DNA of 64,000 nucleotides, taken from Candidatus Uhrbacteria bacterium. GTDB taxonomy: Bacteria; Patescibacteriota; Patescibacteriia; GWA2-47-26. How positions within the stretch are numbered: the first letter of the stretch is position 1; every line of letters begins with the position of its first letter. Position numbers and translations under genes: made by a program. The stretch spans positions 4,525-68,524 of the forward strand of contig JACPJN010000008.1 in NCBI GenBank assembly GCA_016187515.1. The letters run 5' to 3'. The notes under the pieces are model-generated. The model saw only the letters and a list, made by a program, of their open reading frames with translations, was not told the origin of the DNA and searched no databases. This document shows, in pieces, positions 48,114 to 57,100 of this stretch.

Positions 48114-49337
48114 ATGCAGCAGGTCTATGTAGTGCATTATCATGAAATCGCCTTAAAGGGCCGGAATCGGCCGGATTTTTTGCGGCAGCTGCAGGAAAAT
48201 ATTTGCCGGGCAACCGGGCTTCGGAAGGGGAGTGTGAAGATTGTGTCGGGGCGGCTACTGGTGCGACCCCCTCTTAATCTCCCCCTTGAAAAGGGGGAGA
48301 AAATTGTTCGCGCATTGCAACGGACGTTTGGGATTTCTTCGTTTTCACCGGCGGCGCTTGTTAAGGCGGAGTATGGAGAGATTGTGCAAGCAGTAAAAAG
48401 CTCCATAGTTCCAAGTATGGAACTTTTTACCAAGTGGAATACTTTTGCAATTAGAGCCACGCGCGGGGATAAAGAGTTTTCCCTGACCTCTAAGGAAATT
48501 GAAGTCAAGCTAGGAGATTTTGTGCGTGAAAAGTTTAAGAAAAAAGTGGATCTTGAAAGTCCGGATGTTACATTTTATGTTGAAGTTTTTTCCGCCAAAG
48601 GCGGATCCGCCTCGGGAGGACCCGGTGGCGCCGTGGTGTATACCGAAAAAATTCCTGGTCCGGGCGGTCTGCCGGTTGGCACGCAGGGAAAAGCGGCCGT
48701 GATGCTCTCGGGCGGCATTGATTCGCCAGTGGCCGCCTATCGCATATTAAAACGCGGCGCACCGATTGTGGGTGTGCATTTTCATAGTTACCCATTTACT
48801 TCTCGCGCTTCAATTGATAAAGTAAAAGAGCTGGCCGGAGTACTGGCGCGATATGGCGGCCCATTTAAATTGTTCCTGGTCCCGCTTACCGACGCGCAAA
48901 AAGCCGTAATACAGAATTGCGAGGAACGTTATCGCGTGCTGCTATATCGGCGGCTGATGGTGCGGATTGCGCAGGAACTGGCGCGCCACGAAGGCGCGCA
49001 AGCGTTGGTTACCGGGGAAGCGCTCGGGCAAGTCGCTTCGCAGACCATTGAAAACATCGGGGTAACGGACGCGGCCGCAACACTGCTCATCCTGCGCCCG
49101 CTTATCGGCTATGACAAAGAGGAAATCATCGCGGAGGCAAAACGCATCGGCACGTACGAAATTTCCATCCTGCCGCATGATGATTGCTGTACCATAATGA
49201 TGCCGAAAAATCCCGCTACCCGGGCGCGGCTTTCGGATGTGGAGCGAGAAGAAGTAAAGTTGGAGGTGAGTCGTCTTATTGATAACGCATTAGAATGCGC
49301 AGAACTCATAACCCTCCCCAGCCCTCCCTTATCTTAA
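48114..49337 (+). CDS. thiI: tRNA 4-thiouridine synthase (no rhodanese domain)
   Basis: EIALKGRNR, THUMP, GGLPVG, LSGGIDSPVA, GEALGQVASQT, DCC. Confidence 0.94.
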   Translation: MQQVYVVHYHEIALKGRNRPDFLRQLQENICRATGLRKGSVKIVSGRLLVRPPLNLPLEKGEKIVRALQRTFGISSFSPAALVKAEYGEIVQAVKSSIVPSMELFTKWNTFAIRATRGDKEFSLTSKEIEVKLGDFVREKFKKKVDLESPDVTFYVEVFSAKGGSASGGPGGAVVYTEKIPGPGGLPVGTQGKAAVMLSGGIDSPVAAYRILKRGAPIVGVHFHSYPFTSRASIDKVKELAGVLARYGGPFKLFLVPLTDAQKAVIQNCEERYRVLLYRRLMVRIAQELARHEGAQALVTGEALGQVASQTIENIGVTDAAATLLILRPLIGYDKEEIIAEAKRIGTYEISILPHDDCCTIMMPKNPATRARLSDVEREEVKLEVSRLIDNALECAELITLPSPPLS

Positions 49338-49395
49338 GGGAGGGAGACGATCGCGATCCCCCTCTTAAGGTACGAGGGGGTAGGGGGAGTTATGA
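49306..49395. repeat. 90-bp TCATAAC...GTTATGA element supplying the thiI stop
   Basis: Same architecture as ligA copy; TAA at 49335-49337 lies in the first hairpin. Confidence 0.93.
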
Positions 49396-49401
49396 ATTAA
49401 T

Positions 49402-50085
49402 ATGTCAAATTTCTATATTGTTGCCACTCCCATCGGCAATCTTGAGGATATTACCTTGCGGGCGCTTCGCGTGCTTAAGGAAGTGGATTTTATCATTTGT
49501 GAAGACACGCGGGTAACCAGCAAATTACTGGCGCGTTATGAGATAAAAAAGCCGCTGGTCAGTTATTTTCAGCATAGTCAACTCTCGCGCGTGGATGAAA
49601 TTATCGCCCGGCTTCGCCGGGGTGAAAATGCGGCGCTGGTTACCGATGCCGGAACGCCGGGAATTTCTGATCCGGGCGGCGTACTCATCAGGCAAATTAA
49701 CCAATTAACTAATCAACTAATTAACATCGTTCCCATTCCCGGTCCCTCGGCATTGACGGCGGCGCTTTCCATCTCCGGTTTTCCCACGGACAAATTTTTA
49801 TTCCTGGGTTTTCCGCCGCATAAAAAAGGACGGCAGAAGTTTTGGCAGCGCGTGGCAGAGAGTGAGGAAACCACAGTATTCTACGAATCCCCGCATCGCA
49901 TCTTGAAGTCGCTCAATGAACTCAAAAATAACTTAATAACTCAATCACATAATAACCCGATCGTCGTCTGCCGCGAACTGACCAAGATGTTTGAATCCAT
50001 ATATCGTGGTACAATGGAAGAAGTGCTTGAAAAAGCACAGCGCGATCCGATAAAAGGGGAATATGTCGTTGTGATAGGTAAGTAG
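49402..50085 (+). CDS. rsmI: 16S rRNA C1402 2'-O-methyltransferase
   Basis: ATPIGNLEDITLRA, CEDTR, DAGTPGISDPG, YESPHR, RELTK. Confidence 0.95.
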   Translation: MSNFYIVATPIGNLEDITLRALRVLKEVDFIICEDTRVTSKLLARYEIKKPLVSYFQHSQLSRVDEIIARLRRGENAALVTDAGTPGISDPGGVLIRQINQLTNQLINIVPIPGPSALTAALSISGFPTDKFLFLGFPPHKKGRQKFWQRVAESEETTVFYESPHRILKSLNELKNNLITQSHNNPIVVCRELTKMFESIYRGTMEEVLEKAQRDPIKGEYVVVIGK

Positions 50086-50089
50086 CAAA

Positions 50090-50118
50090 TGAAAAAGCCG
50101 AGCAGGCGCCTGCTCGGC
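50090..50118 (-). terminator. Intrinsic terminator (U-tract on minus strand)
   Basis: GCCGAGCAGGCGCCTGCTCGGC followed by TTTTTCAT on minus strand. Confidence 0.8.
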
Positions 50119-50499
50119 CCGGAGTTGGAGCGCTGTCGGTCGGGGGTACCAACCAACAGTCCCATGGATGCTCCGTCTCCTTAGGGACGTGTTTCGCCCG
50201 CGCGTCGTCATGGGGGCGACGGCCGCGCGTAACGCCACACGAACCCTATCGGAACAAGAGGGCCCGCAACTCGTACTGCGCCGGACGCCGTGGTGATGGC
50301 GAGGGGAGCGCGATCCACAGCGCCTCGGCAGCTAACGAGTTTTGGGCCCAAGGTAGAGGGCTGGTACTCCACCGGTTCAGGGTCGCCGGGGGTGGTTGGC
50401 GGCCTAGGGTACCGGCAGAGTACCAAGCCCGGCAGGAGATGGTGGTATCGCTCCACCGCATGTGGGATAGAATACCCACATTCTGCGTAACAGTCCCCT
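50090..50499 (-). ncRNA. Candidate large structured non-coding RNA, family unrecognised
   Basis: Series of long stems whose wobbles are G-U only on the minus strand; TATAGT hexamer at 50511-50506; terminator at 50118-50090. Confidence 0.55.
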
Positions 50500-50524
50500 G
50501 AAAGTACTATACACACTAAATCAT

Positions 50525-52240
50525 ATGCTCAAAAAGTTGTCAAGTACAGGCAAGAAATTCTATATCACAACTCCAATTTACTACGTCAACGACGTGCCGC
50601 ATATTGGGCATGCGTATACGACGATTGCGGCGGATGTGTTGGCGCGGTATTATCGGGCGCGCGGCGAGCCGGTGCGTTTTTTGTGCGGCACGGATGAGAA
50701 CGCGCAGAAGAATGTGGAGGCGGCGTTGCGACACACCCCCTCTAACTCCCCCTCGGAAAGGGGGAGAAAACAATTTCCTCCCCTTTTGAAGGGGAGGTTA
50801 GGAGGGGTCCGTGAAGTTGTCCAGCAGTACGTTGATGAAATGTCGGCGAAGTGGCAGCGCACGTGGGACGAGCTCCAGATTTCCAATGACGATTTTATCC
50901 GCACTACCGAGCCGCGGCATGTAAAATATGTGGAGAAATTTTGGGGCCTGGTAAAAAAGGGCGATATTTATAAAGGCCAGTACGAGGGTCTGTATTGTAC
51001 CGGTTGTGAAGCGTACAAAACCGAAACCGAACTTGTAAAAGGCAAGTGCCCGGATCATAATCGCGCGCCGGAAAAATTAAGCGAGGAAAATTATTTTTTC
51101 AAACTTTCCGCGTATCGCAAAAAATTGTTAGCGCATATTAAAAAGCATCCCGAATTTATTCAGCCCGAAGCGCGGCGCAATGAAGTAACGGCGTATATTC
51201 GCGACCACACGGCGGATTTCAGCATTTCGCGAAAAAATTTGGAGTGGGGGATTCCGGTTCCGGGCGATCCGTCGCAGACGATCTATGTCTGGTTTGACGC
51301 GCTGCTCAACTACATTAGTGCAGTAACTCCCTCACCCCCTCCTCAATCCTCCCCCATCAAGGGGGAGGAAGAAAAAGGAAGTTCCCCTCCCCTTGTGGGA
51401 GGGGTTAGGGGAGGGGTCAATGGTGAGGGGTGGTGGCCGGCGGATTTGCATCTGGTTGGCAAAGACATAATCAAATTTCACTGCGCCTACTGGCCGGCCA
51501 TGCTAATGTCAGCCGGACTTCCGCTTCCACGAACAATTTTTGCGCATGGATTTTTCACCGTGGATGGCCAGAAAATGAGCAAAACCATCGGCAATGTTGT
51601 TGATCCGGTGGCAATGGCGAAAAAATATGGTAATGACGTTTTGCGTTATTATTTAATGCGTGAAATTCCGTTTGGCGGAGATGGAGATTTTTCCGAAGCG
51701 CGTTTACGGGAGCGCTACAATGGCGAGCTGGCCAACGGGCTTGGAAATTTGGTGGCGCGAGTATTGACGATGGTGGAGAAGTACAGTGAAGGTGTGGTTC
51801 ATAACCCCTCCCAACCTCCCCTTACCTTAAGGGGAAGAGACGATCGCGTACCCCCTCTTAAGGTAAGAGGGGGCGAGGGGGAGTTATGGCAACAATACGA
51901 ATCCCACATGGCACAATATCAGCTTGACCGCGCGCTAGACACGGTGTGGAAATTTATTAGCGCACTGGACGCTTTGATTGATCAGGAACAGCCGTGGAAA
52001 TTGGCAAAACATGACAAAGAGCGCCTTAATATGGTATTATATACTTTAGCCGAGAATTTACGTCACATCGCTTGGATGCTCCTGCCTTTTATGCCGGAGA
52101 CCGCGGGAAAGATCTTTGAACAACTTGGTGTGCCACGCGAGACCTCCGAACGCACGTATGAACAGGCAAAAGAATGGGGCGGCCTCAAATCCGGCACAAA
52201 AATCGAGCGAGGAGATTCCTTATTTCCACGATTAATATAA
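50525..52240 (+). CDS. metG: Methionyl-tRNA synthetase with three in-frame palindromic segments
   Basis: YITTPIYYVN, HIGH, FIRTT, YVWFDAL, GKDI, KMSKT. Confidence 0.97.
   Translation: MLKKLSSTGKKFYITTPIYYVNDVPHIGHAYTTIAADVLARYYRARGEPVRFLCGTDENAQKNVEAALRHTPSNSPSERGRKQFPPLLKGRLGGVREVVQQYVDEMSAKWQRTWDELQISNDDFIRTTEPRHVKYVEKFWGLVKKGDIYKGQYEGLYCTGCEAYKTETELVKGKCPDHNRAPEKLSEENYFFKLSAYRKKLLAHIKKHPEFIQPEARRNEVTAYIRDHTADFSISRKNLEWGIPVPGDPSQTIYVWFDALLNYISAVTPSPPPQSSPIKGEEEKGSSPPLVGGVRGGVNGEGWWPADLHLVGKDIIKFHCAYWPAMLMSAGLPLPRTIFAHGFFTVDGQKMSKTIGNVVDPVAMAKKYGNDVLRYYLMREIPFGGDGDFSEARLRERYNGELANGLGNLVARVLTMVEKYSEGVVHNPSQPPLTLRGRDDRVPPLKVRGGEGELWQQYESHMAQYQLDRALDTVWKFISALDALIDQEQPWKLAKHDKERLNMVLYTLAENLRHIAWMLLPFMPETAGKIFEQLGVPRETSERTYEQAKEWGGLKSGTKIERGDSLFPRLI
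50735..50808. repeat. ACCCCCTCTAAC...GGAGGGGT element in metG
   Basis: Encodes TPSNSPSERGRKQFPPLLKGRLGGV. Confidence 0.92.
51329..51429. repeat. CCCTCACC...GGTGAGGG element in metG
   Basis: Encodes PSPPPQSSPIKGEEEKGSSPPLVGGVRGGVNGEG between YVWFDALLNY and WWPAD. Confidence 0.9.
51799..51888. repeat. CATAAC...GTTATG element in metG
   Basis: Encodes HNPSQPPLTLRGRDDRVPPLKVRGGEGEL. Confidence 0.93.
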
Positions 52241-52250
52241 TTCAATAAAA

Positions 52251-52336
52251 CTCCTCCCCTTAAGATAAGGGGAGGTTGGGAGGGGTTATGACAATTGACA
52301 TAACTCCCCCTGCCCCCTCTTACCTTAAGAGGGGGG
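52251..52336. repeat. Right half then left half of CATAAC element, intergenic
   Basis: ...GGGGTTATGA-caattga-CATAACTCCCCC... Confidence 0.9.
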
Positions 52337-52350
52337 ATGCATTGGCAAAT

Positions 52351-52851
52351 ATGATCACCCCTTTTGACCTCATTCTCATTCTTATCGTGTTCTCCTTCGT
52401 CCTTTTCGGACTTTGGTTTGGTCTGATTCACGCCATTGGCGGACTGCTCGGTACGATTGTTGGCGCGGTGGTCGCTTCCAAATATTACCGAAAATGGGGA
52501 ACCACCAATCTTGGACAAGTAGTTTCTTTTATCGTGCTGTTTACGTTAAGCAGTCGGCTGACCGGTTTTGTTTTTTATGGAATTGAAAAAGCGCTCAAGC
52601 TTGCCAATATCTTGCCTGGAATTAAAACCATCAATCGGTTGGCCGGCGGTATCCTTGGGCTGGTGGAGGGAGTAATTGTAGTGGGAGTGGCGCTGGCCTT
52701 TGCGACCCGTTTTCCTTTTCCGCTTTTAATCACCGCAGTCGGCCGTTCGGAAATGGCGCAATTTTTAATCGGAGTTGGCGCGTCCGTAATTCCATATTTC
52801 CCACGGTTACTAGAGCAGATTCAAGGAGCTTCCCGCGTCTTGCCCGAGTAA
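52351..52851 (+). CDS. CvpA (colicin V production) family membrane protein
   Basis: FDLILI...G..GLI, NRLAGGILG.V.G. Confidence 0.85.
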   Translation: MITPFDLILILIVFSFVLFGLWFGLIHAIGGLLGTIVGAVVASKYYRKWGTTNLGQVVSFIVLFTLSSRLTGFVFYGIEKALKLANILPGIKTINRLAGGILGLVEGVIVVGVALAFATRFPFPLLITAVGRSEMAQFLIGVGASVIPYFPRLLEQIQGASRVLPE

Positions 52852-52857
52852 GCGGTT

Positions 52858-53805
52858 ATGTTAATTGATTATCACGCCCATGTAAATTTTGGCGCATTTA
52901 AGGATGATGCGGAGGCGGTGATCAAACGCGCGCTTGACAGCGGCGTTTTTATGATTTTAGTGGGCACGCAGATTGACACGTCGCGGCGCGCGGTGGAGAT
53001 GGCGTCTATGCACAAAACAGGCGTGTGGGCGTCGGTGGGATTGCATCCGATACATTTAGAAAAAACCGAGCGCGATGAGGAAGAGAGTCATTTTATTTCA
53101 CGCGCCGAGGTGTTTGATCCGGCTGCCTACCGCGCGTTGGCACAGCACGAAAAAGTTGCCGCAATAGGGGAGTGTGGCCTTGATTATTGGCACATTGTAG
53201 ATGCGCAGACCCCTCCTATCCTCCCCTTGGCAAGGGGAGGAAAAATTTCTCCCCCTCTTGGAGGGGGAGTGAGAGTGGGTCCGGAGTGGGTTCAGGAAGT
53301 CAAAGCGCGTCAGCACCGAACATTTCGCCAGCATCTTGATTTAGCCGACGAGCTGGATTTACCGCTAATTTTGCATTGCCGGGGGAGCGTGGGTGATCCA
53401 GAAGATGCCTACCGCGACATGCTGGTGATTTTGCGCGAGTACGTGGAAGGCGGAAAAATAAAACGGCGCGGCTCTATCCATTGTTTTGTGTCCACTTGGG
53501 ACATCGCGCAAGATTTTCTGGGCCTGGGATTTCATATTGGATTTACCGGTGTAATTACATTTGTAAAAAGTGGCGTTGGCCCGTATGATGAGGTGGTACG
53601 CAATGTGCCACTTGAGCGCATTCTGGTGGAAACCGATTGTCCGTATCTTGCGCCAGTCCCGATGCGGGGAAAGCGCAATGAGCCGCTCTACGTCCGCTAT
53701 GTGGCGGAAAAAGTGGCGGAGATCAAGGGGATGAATCGGATGGATGTGAAAAAGCAGTTGTTCGAGAATACGTTAAGAGTGTTCTATAAAATTTCCTCCC
53801 CTTAA
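52858..53805 (+). CDS. tatD: TatD family nuclease
   Basis: DYHAH, GLHP, AIGECGLDY, LHCR, HCF, ETDCPYLAP, RGKRNEP. Confidence 0.94.
   Translation: MLIDYHAHVNFGAFKDDAEAVIKRALDSGVFMILVGTQIDTSRRAVEMASMHKTGVWASVGLHPIHLEKTERDEEESHFISRAEVFDPAAYRALAQHEKVAAIGECGLDYWHIVDAQTPPILPLARGGKISPPLGGGVRVGPEWVQEVKARQHRTFRQHLDLADELDLPLILHCRGSVGDPEDAYRDMLVILREYVEGGKIKRRGSIHCFVSTWDIAQDFLGLGFHIGFTGVITFVKSGVGPYDEVVRNVPLERILVETDCPYLAPVPMRGKRNEPLYVRYVAEKVAEIKGMNRMDVKKQLFENTLRVFYKISSP
53208..53281. repeat. Double-hairpin element in frame in tatD
   Basis: Encodes TPPILPLARGGKISPPLGGGVRVG. Confidence 0.88.
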
Positions 53806-53909
53806 GATAAGGGGAGGTCAGGAGGCGTTATGAAAAGTTCATAACTCACCCCAGCCCTCTCTTATCTTTCCGCCCGAGGCGGATCCGCCTCGGGCGGAAA
53901 GAGAGGGGG
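53794..53909. repeat. Right half (supplies tatD stop) then left half with nested 30-bp palindrome
   Basis: TCCGCCCGAGGCGGATCCGCCTCGGGCGGA at 53869-53898 sits in the hairpin loop. Confidence 0.9.
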
Positions 53910-54008
53910 ATTGATAAAAAAAAGCCGCCGGATCCGGAGGGGGGCGCTGCGCGGATTGACTCACGCGCATCCGAATCCGACGGCGGGGTGTAGAAGGAGC
54001 GGGGCGGG

Positions 54009-54347
54009 CTATTTGGCGGACGGGTCCGCGGGCGGCGACGCCTCCGGGTGTTCGATGCCCTCGATGATGTCGAGGAAGAGTTCGCACTGGACAAGCGCCG
54101 CTTTGCTCATTCGGAGATGCTCTGCGAGTTGTTCTGCATTCGGCCTCCGGATACAAAATTCGATTTCGATGCCGACTTGAGTGTGCAAGAGTTGCGCCAT
54201 TGCATTGTAAAATGCCGGAGCATCACAACTCTCTTTCCACTCGGCATTGACCCTTCGCATCGCCGCGATGGCCCGCCGGCAGACCGTAGGTGAGAGACCG
54301 GTGAGTTGCTCGCCGAGTACTTGTATTTGTTTTTGTTTCATTGCCAT
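54009..54347 (-). CDS. Hypothetical protein
   Basis: AAAGGAGG RBS 9 nt before ATG 54347; GC hairpin plus T8 downstream near 53915-53985. Confidence 0.55.
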   Translation of the reverse strand: MAMKQKQIQVLGEQLTGLSPTVCRRAIAAMRRVNAEWKESCDAPAFYNAMAQLLHTQVGIEIEFCIRRPNAEQLAEHLRMSKAALVQCELFLDIIEGIEHPEASPPADPSAK

Positions 54348-54419
54348 TGCTGACATCCTCCTTTGTGGTATTGACAGTTGTGGTAGGTGCTGAATATAGG
54401 GTAACATAGAACATAAGCT

Positions 54420-55238
54420 ATGTCAAGTGTATCCGTCATTATCCCGTGCTACAATGCCGAGCGCACGATTGAGCGGTGCTTGGAGTCAATTTTCGCGCAG
54501 ACGTATCGGAATGTTCACATTGTCATTGTGAATGATGGTTCTACGGATGCCACACTTTCAGTAGTGCACGATACGATTTCACGATTGCGCAATCGTGAAA
54601 TGCGTATCGAGGTGGTGTCGCAGGAAAATCGAGGGGCTAACGCGGCGAGAAATAGGGGATTTGCGGAATGTGTGACACATAACCCACCCCAACCCTCCCT
54701 TACCTTAAGGGAGGGGGAATCGTCCAGGGTTCCTCCCCTTAGGGTAAGGGGAGGTGAGGAAGGGTTACGAACCGCGCACTATGCGCTCTTCTGTGATGCG
54801 GATATTGTGCTCCGCCGCGACTGCCTTGAAAAAATGGTACGCGCGCTAGAGGAACACCCCGATGTATCATATGCTTACTCTTCATTTAAATTCGGATGGA
54901 AAACATTTAAGCTCTGGCCGTTTGATGCAGAGCGCTTGCATAAAATGCCATACATCCACACGACGTCGCTCATTCGCGCGGATCACTTTCCCGGTTGGGA
55001 TGAATCCATAAAACGCCTGCAGGACTGGGACCTTTGGCTTACCATGCTTGAACAAGGACACACCGGCGTATGGATTCCCGAAGTGCTATTTCGCGTGATA
55101 AATACCAAAGGCACCATGAGCACGTGGCTGCCCTCATTTGCCTATAACATCCCCAAATGGCTGGGAATACAACCCAAGGCCGTAATGCTCTATAATGAGG
55201 CCGTGGCGCGTATAAAAGCGAAACATAACCTAAAATAG
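54420..55238 (+). CDS. Glycosyltransferase family 2
   Basis: VSVIIPCYN, VNDGSTD, NRGANAARNRG, FCDAD, QDWDLWL. Confidence 0.93.
   Translation: MSSVSVIIPCYNAERTIERCLESIFAQTYRNVHIVIVNDGSTDATLSVVHDTISRLRNREMRIEVVSQENRGANAARNRGFAECVTHNPPQPSLTLREGESSRVPPLRVRGGEEGLRTAHYALFCDADIVLRRDCLEKMVRALEEHPDVSYAYSSFKFGWKTFKLWPFDAERLHKMPYIHTTSLIRADHFPGWDESIKRLQDWDLWLTMLEQGHTGVWIPEVLFRVINTKGTMSTWLPSFAYNIPKWLGIQPKAVMLYNEAVARIKAKHNLK
54569..54609. repeat. Palindrome in frame in GT2
   Basis: 26-bp perfect core ATTTCACGATTGCGCAATCGTGAAAT with CGATACG/CGTATCG arms. Confidence 0.85.
54678..54769. repeat. CATAAC...GTTACG element in frame in GT2
   Basis: Encodes HNPPQPSLTLREGESSRVPPLRVRGGEEGLR between ARNRG and the DxD strand. 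Confidence 0.93.
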
Positions 55239-55343
55239 TCATTCCGAGCGGCGCGTAAGCGAAGCGAGGAATCTCTTACGCCTGCCATGGTGAAGAGATT
55301 GCCACGTCGCTCCGACTGAAACGTCGGAGCTCCTCGCAATGAC
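55238..55343. repeat. REP-like doublet GTCATT...AATGAC
   Basis: GTCATTCCGAG..GAGGAATCTC / GAGATTGCCACG..[CTCCGAC..GTCGGAG]..CTCGCAATGAC. Confidence 0.85.
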
Positions 55344-55353
55344 TGATAGAAAT

Positions 55354-56151
55354 ATGCGGAAATACTGGACAATTTTTCGGGTGGTGCTGGAAAATAATCT
55401 GATGTATCGCGGGCACGCGTTTGTCTGGATGCTTTTTGATTTGCTTTGGATCGGGGTCTTCCCGTTTATCTGGTTTTTCATTATTAATGCGCAGGGCGGG
55501 GAAATTCAAGGGTGGAACAACTCCGCAATTATTGTGTACTACGTGTTTATGGCGGTTTTGAGCAACATTGTTTTAATGCATCCGGAAGCCCATATGGCGT
55601 ATGAAATTTACGAAGGAAAATTTTCAAATTACGTGATAAAACCGCACAGTTATCTCCTCTATGTGTTTTTGCACGAAAGCGCCTATAAAATGGTGCGTTT
55701 TCTGGCGTTCATACCTTTTGCGGTGCCTTTGATTTGGGCAATACAGCACTTCGGCGGATCTGGCGCAGTGCTGCCGCAATTGCCGTTTATTATCCTGGCG
55801 ACTTTGTTGGCGATGCCGATTTTTTTCCTGGTGGCGGCCATCATCGGTATGACATGTTTTTGGCTGGAGGACTCCTACGCCGCGCGCACCATCTTCTGGG
55901 CCTCCTCCGGACTTTTCGGCGGGCAATATGCGCCATTTGAGCTCATGCCGCCGATCTTGAATACTGTTGCGTCTGCGCTGCCCTTTAAATATGCGATTTA
56001 TTTTCCTTTGCGGCTCATCAGTCAGCAAGTGCCGCGCGCGGAGATGCTGCGCGGCTTGGGAATACAGCTCGTATGGATTGCGGCACTTTTTGTTTTGAGT
56101 TCAATTATCTGGAAAAAAGGACTTAAGCGCTACAGCGCGGTAGGACGTTAG
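55354..56151 (+). CDS. ABC-2 type permease
   Basis: Six TM; IYEGKFSNYVIKP; LPFKY; GLKRYSAVG. Confidence 0.88.
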   Translation: MRKYWTIFRVVLENNLMYRGHAFVWMLFDLLWIGVFPFIWFFIINAQGGEIQGWNNSAIIVYYVFMAVLSNIVLMHPEAHMAYEIYEGKFSNYVIKPHSYLLYVFLHESAYKMVRFLAFIPFAVPLIWAIQHFGGSGAVLPQLPFIILATLLAMPIFFLVAAIIGMTCFWLEDSYAARTIFWASSGLFGGQYAPFELMPPILNTVASALPFKYAIYFPLRLISQQVPRAEMLRGLGIQLVWIAALFVLSSIIWKKGLKRYSAVGR

Positions 56152-56155
56152 TGCT

Positions 56156-56941
56156 ATGCGGCGATATTTTAGAATCTTGAAAGTACTGGTGCGGGTGTCG
56201 TTTATTCGCGATATCGTATTTCGCGGAGCATTTTATATTGATTTATTTCACGCGGTACTCTGGCTGGGATTGTTTTTCCTAGTGATTGAGGTATTTTTTT
56301 CGCATACCGAATCCATCGTGGGTTGGACCAAAGGTAATTTGATCGTCCTGCTCGGAATATGGTCGCTTTTGGATGATCTGGCCAGTGGAACATTCTGGGA
56401 AGGCGTGAAACGGATTCCCACGCTTGTGGCCGATGGAAATATGGACTTTATTCTGACCCGTCCCGTAGATTCACAGTTCCTTATCGCGGCAGAACGTTTT
56501 CGGTTTAGTCGGGTGATTCCGCTTATCGCCGATATTGCGCTGATTTCTTATGGGCTTTCAATTGGCAGTATTGGTTCATTATGGACGATCCTGTTGGGAT
56601 TTCCCATTGTTATAATTGCCGGTTATCTGACCGTGTTATCCGTATTTTATCTGCTGCATACGCTGGGATTTTGGTTTTTACGCATTGATAACATTTGGGC
56701 GCTCTATGAGGGTATTGAAAATATCGGCAAGTACCCACTGGATGTGTTTGGGCGGCATATCAAACTGGTTTCGCTTACGGTAGTGCCGCTTACGGTCATG
56801 TTTACACTTCCGGCGGAAGCGCTTGTCGGATTTTTGTCCGGAGCAGAAGTAATCAACGCGCTGCTGGTGAGTGCCCTATTTTTATGGCTGACGCGGAAGT
56901 TTTATCAGTATTCGGTGCGGCGGTATAGCTCGGTGGCCTAG
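56156..56941 (+). CDS. ABC-2 type permease
   Basis: GNMDFILTRPVDSQF; KYPLDVF; RRYSS. Confidence 0.88.
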   Translation: MRRYFRILKVLVRVSFIRDIVFRGAFYIDLFHAVLWLGLFFLVIEVFFSHTESIVGWTKGNLIVLLGIWSLLDDLASGTFWEGVKRIPTLVADGNMDFILTRPVDSQFLIAAERFRFSRVIPLIADIALISYGLSIGSIGSLWTILLGFPIVIIAGYLTVLSVFYLLHTLGFWFLRIDNIWALYEGIENIGKYPLDVFGRHIKLVSLTVVPLTVMFTLPAEALVGFLSGAEVINALLVSALFLWLTRKFYQYSVRRYSSVA

Positions 56942-56950
56942 CACGCTTCT

Positions 56951-57058
56951 CCTCCCCTTAGGGTAAGGGGAGGTTGGCCTGCCTGCGCAGGCAGGGAGGG
57001 GTTACGAGATGTGCATGGCTCATAACCCACCCTACCCTCCCTTATCTTAAGGGAGGGG
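56951..57058. repeat. Right half (nested CCTGCCTGCGCAGGCAGG) then left half of CATAAC element
   Basis: GTTACGA 57001-57007; TCATAAC 57020-57026. Confidence 0.9.
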
Positions 57059-57063
57059 ATCCA

Positions 57064-57092
57064 TTGATTTGTGCACAACTGCAATGTATAAT
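57064..57092 (+). promoter_or_regulatory. Sigma70 promoter, near-leaderless
   Basis: TTGATT-17-TATAAT, 8 nt before ATG 57101. Confidence 0.75.
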
Positions 57093-57100
57093 AAATGAAT

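Noticed and set aside
50208-50516. Protein-coding ORFs between rsmI and metG
   Set aside because: No RBS, Pro/Arg-rich composition typical of GC stems; RNA structure explains the region better.
52276-52350. N-terminal extension of CvpA
   Set aside because: Derived from repeat halves; the family-like sequence starts at ATG 52351.
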